DNA from: the human T2T-CHM13v2.0 reference genome, Homo sapiens
Assembly: GCF_009914755.1 (NCBI RefSeq)
Contig: NC_060926.1
Strand: one strand, 5' to 3'
DNA length: 64,000 nucleotides
Below the pieces are notes generated by a model, which saw nothing but the letters and a program-made list of their open reading frames with translations, made no database searches and had not been told where the DNA came from. Within the stretch, counting starts at the first letter, position 1. Each line of letters opens with the position of its first letter. This document shows positions 1 through 10,930 of the stretch, one piece after another. Position numbers and translations under genes: made by a program.

Positions 1-1384
1 ATAATTATAATAAATCATATATATACTATATTATGTTATACCTATTTATATATAATATGTACTTATTACATATATAAAATATACATATATATTTATATGT
101 GAAATATACATTATATATTTATATATGAAATATACATGTTATATATTTATATATAAAATATACATTACATATATGTATATATTATATATTATTATAATAC
201 ATATTACATATATAATAATATATAATATGTATTACATAATATATAACATACATTATATATTATATATTATGTATTATATATAATATATATTACATATTAT
301 GTATTATATATAATATATATTACATATTATGTATTATATATTGTATAATATATTATATTATATACAATATATATTATATTATATACTATATATTATATAC
401 TATGTATTATATTATCTTATATACAATATACATTATATTATATTATATACTATATATTAAATTACATAGACTATATATTATATAGAATAAATATTGTATA
501 ATATATATTATAACATATATTATATTATATATTTATGTATTATATATATTATATATTATATATTATATAGACTATATATTTTTATATTTATTATAAATTA
601 CATATTTATAATATATAACATAATATAAATTATTATATTTTATAATTTTAAATATATGTTATAATTATAAATATATAATTATAAATATATAAGTTATAAT
701 TATATAATTATAACTTATGTATTTTTATATGAGTTATAATTATATTATTATATATTATTTTATATAAATATTATTATATATTATTTATAATATGTATTAT
801 ATAAAAGATTATATATATTATATATAGTATATAAAAGATTATATATATTATATATATTATATATAATACATATAATACATATAATCTCTTATATAATATA
901 TAATATATAACCGATTATATATAATATTTACATATCATATATCATCTATTATATATAATATATATTATATATCATATATTGTATCTTATAGATAGTATAT
1001 TATGTATTATATATACTATATATAGTATATAATATACTATATATTAAATACTATATATAGTATATTATATATAATATATAATATATAATGGACTATATAA
1101 AATATATATAACAATAATTCTTATATATTATATATAATCTATTATATGATATATAATATATATTATACATCATATGTTATATATTATATAACACATACAT
1201 TGTATATTATATAAGATACAATATATAACATATAATATATATTATATATAATAGATTATATATTATATATAATTATCATATATATTGTGTCCAAAATATA
1301 TAATAGATTATACACTATATATAATAATTATTGTTATATACAATCTATTATATATAATATATAATCTGTTACATATTGTATCAT

Positions 1385-1700
1385 ATATAATATACAATAT
1401 TATACATTACATAATATACAATATTATCCATTACAGAATATACAATATTATACATTATATAATATACAATATTTATTATATAATATACAATATTTATTCT
1501 ATATAATATACTGTATTATATATAATATACAATATGTATTATATATAATACACAATATGTAGTATATATAGTACACAATATTGTGTATTATATATCATCT
1601 ACAATATTGTGTATCATACATAATATACAATATTGTGTATCATATATAATATACAATATTGTGTATTACATATACTATATATAGTGTATTATACATAATA
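1385..1700. repeat. 24-bp minisatellite block (ataatatacaatattatacattat and variants)
   Basis: 'tacaat' recurs at 1393, 1417 and 1441 (period 24). This produces the IIYNIIHY 8-aa repeats of spurious ORF 1285-1506. Confidence 0.85.
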
Positions 1701-2299
1701 TACTATATATTGTGTATTATAATATACCATATATAATATATAATATACTATATAATATATATAATACATACTATATAATATATATAATATATAATATACT
1801 ATATAATATATAGTATATATAATATACTATATATTATATACTACATATAATATACTATATATTATGTATTACATATGACATACTATATATTATGTATTAT
1901 ATATAACATACTATATATTATGTATTATATATAACGTACTATATATTATATATTATATATATTAATATATTAAAAATATGTAATAAATATGTAATTATAA
2001 ATATAATTATAAATATAAAATAAAATATAAAACAAATTATATTTATTTTTATATTATATTTTATATCATACATTATATATAATAAAAATATATATAAGTA
2101 TTATATATTTTAAATATAAATATATTATATATAATATGTTAAATTCATTATATATATTAAAAATATTATATATTTATAATATATATTTATATATTATGTA
2201 TCTGTTTACATAATATATTTATATATATTTATTTAATATTTATATAATATATATAATATATATATTATACAAATTATATAAATATTTTTATAATATATA

Positions 2300-2780
2300 A
2301 TATATTATATAAATATAATATAATATATTATATAAATATAATATAATATATTATATAAATATAATATAATATATTATATAAATATAATATATATATTATA
2401 TATAAATATAATATATTATATAAATATAATATAATATATTATATAAATATAATATAATATATTATATAAATATAATATATTATATTATATAAATATAATA
2501 TAATATATTATATAAATATAATATAATATATTATATAAATATAATATAATATATTATATAAATATAATATAATATATTATATAAATATAATATAATATAT
2601 TATATAAATATAATATAATATATAAATATAATATAATATATTATATAAATATAATATAATATATTATATAAATATAATATATAAATATAATATAATATAT
2701 TATATAAATATAATATAATATATTATATAAATATAATATAATATATTATATAATATAATATAATATAGTATATAAATATA
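2300..2780. repeat. 23-bp pure-AT minisatellite (ttatataaatataatataatata)n, about 20 copies
   Basis: Unit starts at 2531 and 2554 (period 23); near-perfect copies across the block. Confidence 0.9.
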
Positions 2781-3059
2781 CTATATTATATAAATATAAT
2801 ATATTACATAAATATAATTTAATATATTACGTAAATATAATATATTATATTACGTAAATATAATATATTATATTACATAAATATAATATATTATATTACA
2901 TAAATATAATAAATTATATTATATAAATATAATATAATATATTATACAAGTATAAGATAATATATTATATAAATATAATATAATATATTATACAAGTATA
3001 AGATAATATATTATACAAATATAAGATAATATATTATACAAATATAATATATATTAATA

Positions 3060-3310
3060 TATATTATACAAATATTATATATCAATATATTATACAAATA
3101 TTATATATCAATATATTATATAAATAGTATATATCAATATATTATATAAATAGTATATATCAATATATTATATAAATAGTATATATCAATATATTATATA
3201 AATAGTATATATCAATATATTATATAAATAGTATATATTAATATATTATATAAATAGTATATATTAATATATTATATAATATATATTAATATATTATATA
3301 AATATTATAT
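3060..3310. repeat. 26-bp minisatellite (taaatagtatatatcaatatattata)n
   Basis: 'taaatag' at 3121 and 3147 (period 26), with stepwise variant changes along the block. Confidence 0.85.
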
Positions 3311-4240
3311 ATTAATATATAAATATAACATATATTAATATATTATATAATTATATATTAATATATAAATATAATATATATTAATATATTATATAAATAT
3401 ATTTATATATAATTTATTATATAAATTTATTATATATTTATATTATATATATTTATAAAATATACGTAAAATATAAATATATATAATATTTATATACATT
3501 TATATATAGTATATATATTTTTATAATATATAATATATAATTTTATATTTATAATAATTATATAACATATATATTACATATATATGTTATACAATTATAT
3601 ATATTATATATTATACATAATGTATATATAATATATAATATAATATATATAATATACAATATATAATATAATATATATAATATACAATATATAATATAAA
3701 TATATATAATATATAATATATACTTTATATACTATATATAATATATATAATATGATATAACATATACTATATATACTATATATAATATATACTATATATA
3801 CTGTATATAATATATAATATAATATATACTATATATACTAAATATAATATACATAATATAATATATACTATATATAATATATAATATATAATATAGTATA
3901 TATACTATATATAATAATTACATATTATATATTATACATTATATATTATATAATTATTATATATAATTATATATTACATACTTTGTATATAATGTAAATA
4001 TACATTAGAATATATAATGTATATATATGTACATATATAATGTATATATGTATACATTATATAAACTATATATAAACATTATATTATATAAACATTATAT
4101 ATAAACATTGTATGTACATATCATATATATTATATGTGTGTATATATATATATTATATGTGTGTATATATATAAAAAATCCCCCTACGACCTCTCGTCCT
4201 CCATCCAACCAGCCCAAGGAACATCTCACCAATTTTAAAT

Positions 4241-4249
4241 CTGGTAAGC
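4241..4249 (+). promoter_or_regulatory. HERV-H leader major splice donor (CTG|GTAAGC)
   Basis: GT at 4244-4245 in a strong donor context, at the known HERV-H leader position. Confidence 0.75.
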
Positions 4250-4755
4250 AGCCTCTTTTTACTCTCTTCTCCAACCTCTCTCACTATCCCTCAACCTCTT
4301 TCTCCTTTCAATCTTGGTGCTATACTTCAATCTCTCCCTTCTCCTAATTTAAGTTCCTTTCCTTTTCTGTTAGAGACAAAGGAGATGCATTTTATCCATG
4401 GACCCAAAACTCCGGCACCAGTCACGGACTCGGGAAGACAGTCTTCCCTTGGTGTTTAATCACACGGGGATGCCTGCCTGATTATTCACCCACGTTTCAG
4501 AGGTGTCTGACCATGCGGGGACGCCTGCCTTGGTCCTTCACCCTTAGCGGCAAGTACCGCTTTTCTGGGGGGCAAGACGTCCTCCAACCCCTTCTGTGTC
4601 TCTACCCCTTCTCTGCTTTTCTGGGGGACAAGAACCTCCTAACCCCTTCTCCTTCATCCTTAGTGGCAAGTACCACTTTTCTGGGGGTCAAGAACCCCCC
4701 ACCGCTTCTCTCCGTGTCTCTACTCTTTCTTTTCTCTGGGCTTGCCTCTTTCACT

Positions 4756-6003
4756 ATGGGCAAGCTTCCACCCTCCATTCCCCCTTCTTTTCCCTCAGCC
4801 TGTGTTCTTAAAAACCTAAAACCTCTTCAACTCACACCTGACCTAAAACCTAAATGACTTATTTTCTTCTGCAATGCCACTTGACCCCAATACAAATTCG
4901 ACAGTGGTTCAGAAAATGGCACTTTCAATTTTTCCATCCTACAAGATCTAAATAATTCTTGTCATAAAATGGGCAAATGGTCTGAGGTGCCTGACGTCCA
5001 GGCATTCTTTTACACATCGGTCCCTCCCTAGTCTCTGTTCCCAAAGCAACTCATCCCAAATCTTCCTTCTTTCCCTCCCACCTGTCCCCTCAGTCCCAAC
5101 CCCAAGCATCACTGAGTCTTTCTAATCTTCCTTTTCTTCAGACCCATCTGACCTCTCCCCTCCTCACCAGGCCAAGCTAGGTCCCATTTCTTCCTCAGCC
5201 TCTGCTCCCCAACCCTATAATCCTTTTATCACCTCCCCTCCTCACAGCCGGTCAGGCTTACAGTTTTGTTCTGCGACTAGCCCTCCCCCACCTGCCCAGC
5301 AATTTCGTCTTACAAAAGGTGGCTGGAGCTAAAGGCATAGTCAAGGTTAATGCTCCTTTTTCTTTTTCCGAACTCTCCCAAAATCAGTTCACGTTTAGGC
5401 TCTTTTTCATCAAATATAAAAACCCAGCCCAGTTCATAGCTCGTTTGGCAGCAACCCTGAGACGCTTTACAGCCCTAGACCCTGAAAGGCCAGAAGGCCG
5501 TCTTATTCTCAATATGCATTTTATTTTATTACCTAATCTTCTCCCGACATTAAATAAAGCTCCAAAAATTAAATTCTGACCCTCAAACCCCACAACAGGA
5601 CTTAATTAACCTCACCTGCAAGATGTACAATAATAGAGTAGAGGCAGCCAAGTAGCAATGTATTTCTGAGTTGCAATTCCTTGCCTCCACTGTGAGACAA
5701 ACCCCAGCCACATCTCCAGCACACAAGAACTTCCAAACACCTAAACTGCAGCCGCCAGGCATTCCTCCAGGCCTCCCTCCCCCAGGAGCTTGCTACAAGT
5801 GCTGGAAATCTGGCCACCAGGCCAAGGAATGCCCACAGCCCAGGATTCCTCCAAGTCGTGTCCCATCTATGTGGTACCCCACTGGAAATCGCCTTTTCCC
5901 CCAGTCCAACTCACCCGGCAGCCACTCCCAGCACCCCTGGAACTCTGGCCCGAGGCTCCCTGACTCCTTCCCAGATCTTCTTGGCTTAGCGGCTGAAGAC
6001 TGA
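4756..6003 (+). pseudogene. gag: HERV-H gag remnant (stops and frameshifts)
   Basis: N-terminus MGKLPPSIPP at 4756. CCHC knuckle CYKCWKSGHQAKEC at 5791-5832. C-terminus ...DLLGLAAED with TGA at 6001-6003. Confidence 0.9.
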
Positions 6004-7770
6004 GGCTGCCCAATTGCCTCAGAAGCTTCCTGGACCATCACAGATGCTTTAGGTTACTGTCACAGTGGAGGGTAAATCCATCCCCTTCTTAATCAATACA
6101 AAGGCTACCCACTCCACATTACCTTCTTTTCAAGGGCCTGTTTCCTTCGCCCCCATAACGTTGTGGGTATTGACGGCCAGGCTTAAACCTCTTAAAATTC
6201 CCCAACTCTGGTGCCAATTTAGACAATACTCTTTTAAGCACTCCTTTTAATTATCCCCACCTGCCCAGTTCCCTTTATTAGGCTGAGATAGTTTAACTAA
6301 ATTATCTGCTTCCCTGACTATTCCTGGGCTACAGCCATGACTCATTGCTGCCTTTTCCCCCACTTCAAAGCCTCCTTCACATCCTCCCCTTGTATCTCCC
6401 CACCTTAGCCCACAAGTATAAGATACCTCTACTCCCTCCTTGGTGACCGATCATGCACCCCTTACCATCTCATTAAAACCTAATCACCCTTACCCTGGTC
6501 AAAGCCAATATCCCATCCCATAATGCGATTTAAAAGGATTAAAGCCTGTTATCACTCACCTGCTACAGCATGGCCTTTTAAAGCCTATAAACTCTCCGTA
6601 CAATTCCCCCATTTTACCTGTCCTAAAACCAGACAGGCCTTACAGGTTAGTTCAGGATCTGCACCTTATCAACCAAATTGTTTTGCCTGTCCACCCCGTG
6701 GTGCCAAACCCATATACTCTCCTATCCTCAATACCTCCCTCCACAACCCATTATTCTCTTCTGGATCTCAAACATGCTTTCTTGGCTATTCCTTTGCACC
6801 CTTCATCCCAGCCTCTCTTCGTTTTCACTTGGACTGACCCTGACACCCATCAGGCTCAGCAAATTACCTGGGCTGTACTGCCGCAAGACTTCACAGACAG
6901 CTCCCATTACTTCAGTCAAGCCCAAATTTCTTCCTCATCTGTTACCTATCTCAGCATAATTCTCATAAAAACACACGTGCTCTCCCTGCCAATCGTGTCT
7001 GACTGATCTTTCAAACCCCAAAACCTTCTACAAAACAACAACTCCTTTCCTTCCTAGGCATGGTTAGTGCGGTCAGAATTCTTACACAAGAGCTGGGACT
7101 GTACCCTGTAGGCTTTCTGTCCAAACAACTTGACCTTACTGTTTTAGCCTGGCCCTCAGGTCTGCGTGCGGCGGCCGCCGCCACCCTAATACTTGTAGAG
7201 GCCCGTAAAATCACAAACTATGCTCAACTCCCTCTCTACAATTCTCATAAGTTCCAAAATCTGTTTTTTTCCTCACACCTGACACATATACTTTCTGCTC
7301 CCTGGCTTCTTCAGCTGTACTCACTCTTTGTTGAGTCTCCCACAATTACCATTGTTCCTGGCCCAGACTTCAATCCGGCCTCCCACACTATTCCGGATAC
7401 CACACCTGAACCCTATGACTGTATCTCTCTGATCCATCTAACATTCACCCCATTTCCCCATATTTCCTTCTTTCCTGTTCCTCACCCTGAACACACTTGG
7501 TTTATTGATGGTAGTTCCACCAGGCCTAATCGCCACATACCAGCAAAGGCAGGCTATGCTATAGTACAAGCCACCAGCCCGCCTCTTGGAACCTCTCATT
7601 TCCTTTCCATTGTGGAAATCTATCCTCACATGAATAACTTCTCAGTGTTCCATCTGCTATTCTACTACTCCTCAGGGATTATTCAGGCCCCCTCCCTTCC
7701 CTACACATCAAGCTCAAGGATTTGCCCCTGCCCAGGACTGGCAACTCTTAACTCTTAACTCCCTCTTAGA
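6004..7770 (+). pseudogene. pol: HERV-H pro-pol remnant with internal deletions
   Basis: Degenerate protease (FLINTKATHS). RT motifs YSLLDLKHAF and WAVLPQDFTDS run directly into SQAQISSSSVTYL, so the YxDD region is missing. RNase H WFIDGSS...AGYAIV is truncated. Confidence 0.9.
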
Positions 7771-7778
7771 GTGGATAG

Positions 7779-9317
7779 ATGATCTTTGCTGGCAGGGGAC
7801 CTGAAGTTCTATTCTTTACTTTTATGCTCACTCTTATTCTCATTCCCATTCTTATGCCTCCCTCTACCTCTCCCCAGCTATCTCCACCACACTATCAACC
7901 TTACTCATTCTCTCCTAGCTGTTTCTCATCCCTCCTTAGCGAACAAACACTGGCTTTGCATTTCCCTTTCTTCCAGCACCTAAACAGCTGTCCCTCCTTA
8001 CATGCAGACTAGGCAACATCTTCTGTCTCCCTACACCTCCGAACTTCCTTTAACAGCCCTCACATTTACCCTCCTGAAGAACTCATTTACTTTCTAGACA
8101 GGTCCAGCAAGACCTCCTCAGACATTTCACATCAGCAAGCTGCCGCCCTCCTCTGTACTTAGTTAAAAAAACTTTCTCCTTATATCAACTCTACTCCTCC
8201 CATATTTAGACCTCTCACAACACAAACTACTATTCCCGTGGCCACTCACTTATGTATCTCTTGGCAAAGACCCACTGGAATTCCCCTAGGTAAACTTTCA
8301 CCTTCTCAATGTTCCTTTACTCTTCATCTCCAAAGCCCTCTCCTTATTTACTTATACCCAGCCCCGCAAATAACAGTGAAAGGTTGCTCATAGACACTCA
8401 ATGTTTTCTCACACACCATGAAAATCGAACCTCCCCTCCTACACAGTTACCTCGTCAGTCCCCATTACAACCTCTGATGGCTGCCGCCCTAGCTGCATCC
8501 CTAGGAGTCTAGGTACAAGACACCTCTTTCAGCACTCCTTCTCATGTTTTTAGTTTGCATCTCCAGTTTTGCCTCGCACAATGTCTCTTCTTCCTCTGTA
8601 GATCCTCTACCTACATGTGTCTACCTGCTAATTGGACAGGCACATGCACACTAGTTTTCCTTACTCCCAAAATTCAATTTGCAAATAGGACCGAAGAGCT
8701 CTCTGTTCCCCTCATGACACCGACACAACAAAAAAGAGTTATTCCACTAATTCCCTTGCTTGTCAGTTTAAGACTTTCTGCCTCCACTATTGCTCTCAGT
8801 ACTGGAATAGCAGGAATTTCAACCTCTGGCATGACCTTCCATAACCGCTCTAATGACTTCTCTGCTAGCATCACAGACAGGTCACAAACTTTATCAGTCC
8901 TCCAGGCCCAAGTTGACTCTTTAGCTGCAGTTGTCCTCCAAAACCACCAAGGCCTTGACTTACTCACTGCTGAAAAAGGAGGACTCTGTATATTCTTAAA
9001 TGAAGAGTGTTGTTTTTACCTAAATCGATCTGGCCTGGTATATGACAACATAAAAAAACTCAAGGATAGAGCCCAAAAACTTGCCAACCAAGTAAGTAAT
9101 TATGCTGAATCCCCTTGGACACTCTCTAATAAGATGTCCTAGGTCCTCCCAATTCTTAGTTCTTTAATACCTGTTTTTCTCCTTCTCTTATTCCATTTAG
9201 TTTTTCAATTCATACAAAAACTGTATCCAGGCCATCACCAATAATTCTACATGACAAATGTTTCTTCTAACAACCCCACAATATCACCCCTTACCACAAA
9301 ATCTTCCTTCAGCTTAA
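7779..9317 (+). pseudogene. env: HERV-H env remnant (SU partly deleted; TM ectodomain open 8555-9142)
   Basis: Starts MIFAG, with signal-like KFYSLLLCSLLFSF in a shifted frame. Furin site QQKR, fusion peptide VIPLIPLL, ISD LQNHQGLDLLTAEKGGL and CX6CC (CIFLNEECC). Ends ...LPQNLPSA* at 9317. Confidence 0.93.
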
Positions 9318-9478
9318 TCTCTTCCACTCTAGGTTCCCACGCCACCCCTAATCCCGTTCAAAGCAGCCCTGAGAAACATCACCCATTATCTCTCCATACC
9401 ACCCCCAAAAATTTCCACCGTTCCAACACTTTACCACTATTTCATTTTATTTTTCTTATTAATATAAGAAGACAGTAA

Positions 9479-9847
9479 TGTCAGGCCTCTGAGCCCAAGC
9501 TAAGCCATCATATCCCTTGTGACTTGCACGTACACATCCAGATGGCCGGTTCCTGCCTTAACTGATGACATTATCTTGTGAAATTCCTTCTCCTGGCTCA
9601 TCCTGGCTCAAAAGCTCCCCTACTGAGCACCTTGTGACCCCCCCACTCTTGCCCACCAGACAACAACCACCCTTTGACTGTAATTTTCCTTTACCGATCC
9701 AAACAAATCTTATAAAACGGCCCAACCCCTATCTCCCTTCACTGACTCTCTTTTTGGACTCAGCCCGCCTGCACCCAGGTGAAATAAACAGCCTTGTTGC
9801 TCACACAAAGCCTGTTCGGTGGTCTCTTCACACGGACCTGAGTGAAA
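9479..9847 (+). mobile_element. 3' LTR of HERV-H (LTR7 family), 369 bp
   Basis: TG start after a purine-rich tract. TATAAA at 9711-9716, AATAAA at 9783-9788, and the end ggtctcttcacacggac...tgaaa. Confidence 0.95.
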
Positions 9848-10199
9848 GTAACTGTATTTGCTAAAGCAGAAATTAAACCAAGGCACTTAAGATGAATAAT
9901 TTTTCTCATTTATACTAAATAATAAAAGTGTGTAATAGTGTTGTCAATAATTAACAGTGACCTACAGCCTCTGTAATTGGGCAATGAAACTGAATGTTGA
10001 TAGATGGGATAAATGAAGTATAAATGGCAATTCATTTCCTGTTTTGTGGAGCTTGATTTCCTCCTTTTTATTGTTGAACTGTTGCAAAACACATTAGACA
10101 TCTATTTTTCCTACTTTTAATTTTTGGTCTATCCACATCATTCACACATCTAATGTTTGAGAATTGCAACAATCCCAAATTTTTTGTCTCATCTTGCAG

Positions 10200-10930
10200 A
10201 GTGTACTGTCTCTTTAAATAAATACTGCTACTACTATTTGTCCAGCTGGTCCAGCCCAGAACTTTTTTCCACTCCTCTGTAGGAATGTACTTTATCATCC
10301 TTTAATTAACTCTGCTACTTAACCTTTGCTATGAATCTCTTGGCTGAATTCTTTCTTCCAAGTTAGAGAAGATTCAACGATTCCCACTCTTCCAAGTAAC
10401 ATAACTAATTTCATTCTGTGACACATCCTATCCTAATTCTCCTTTCCTTACATTTATTTGGTATAGCTACTCTTCCATGATATTGAGCCCTTTGGACCCT
10501 AATCTATCCCTTTTCTTCAGTATAACACTCATTCCTTTTTATGCCTATTTTCTTACTGTTTACTTCATATATTAACTTATCCATTCAGTTTTTATTGGTA
10601 ATCACTCAATCCAGTATGACTTCTTTTCTTGGTATCTTTGGTTTCATGCAGGACCCACTTTGGAAATTATCAAACCTGAAAGAGACGGCCCATCTACATT
10701 TTAGTACCCGTAAAATGAAAAATTTCAAATGTAGCCCTTGGTCAAACTATGACCATAATTCAAAACCCATAATTTTATGTGCCTACTGAACACTCCCATA
10801 TTTATATTTCATAGACATCACAAAATCAATATGTTCAAAATGTTCCCCCCTCACATCTCCTTCTCCTTCTGTATTTCTACTTTTGGTTATTAGAAATAAT
10901 TATTTCCAGTTGTAAGTCACCAAAAACTAT
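10200..10930 (+). mobile_element. Highly diverged old LINE fragment, possibly L2
   Basis: Pyrimidine-rich tracts and an L2-like motif acatcacaaaatcaatatgttcaaaat near 10815. Boundaries are uncertain. Confidence 0.3.

Larger units (their letters stand above)
1..4172. repeat. Very long AT-rich (TA)n low-complexity / minisatellite array, left end outside the window
   Basis: Almost entirely A/T with TATA runs and only occasional C/G. Sub-blocks of 23-26 bp tandem units are visible. Confidence 0.97.
4173..9847 (+). mobile_element. HERV-H endogenous retrovirus (internal region plus 3' LTR7); 5' LTR and PBS absent
   Basis: Starts inside the HERV-H leader (cctacgacct...ccagcccaaggaacatctcaccaattttaaatctggtaag). 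It contains the gag zinc knuckle, RT/RNase H remnants and an env TM with the immunosuppressive domain. The LTR begins tgtcaggcctctgagcccaagctaagccatca. Confidence 0.97.

Noticed and set aside
1285-1506. 73-aa I/Y/N-rich ORF with 8-aa repeats
   Set aside because: Translation of the 24-bp AT minisatellite; no coding features.
1385-3310. Regular 23-26 bp repeats as a CRISPR-like array
   Set aside because: Head-to-tail units with no unique spacers, no cas genes, and a primate context.
4500-4720. Repeated blocks (ggcaagtacc.cttttctgggg) in the retroviral leader
   Set aside because: Ordinary repeats of the HERV-H leader, not a separate element.
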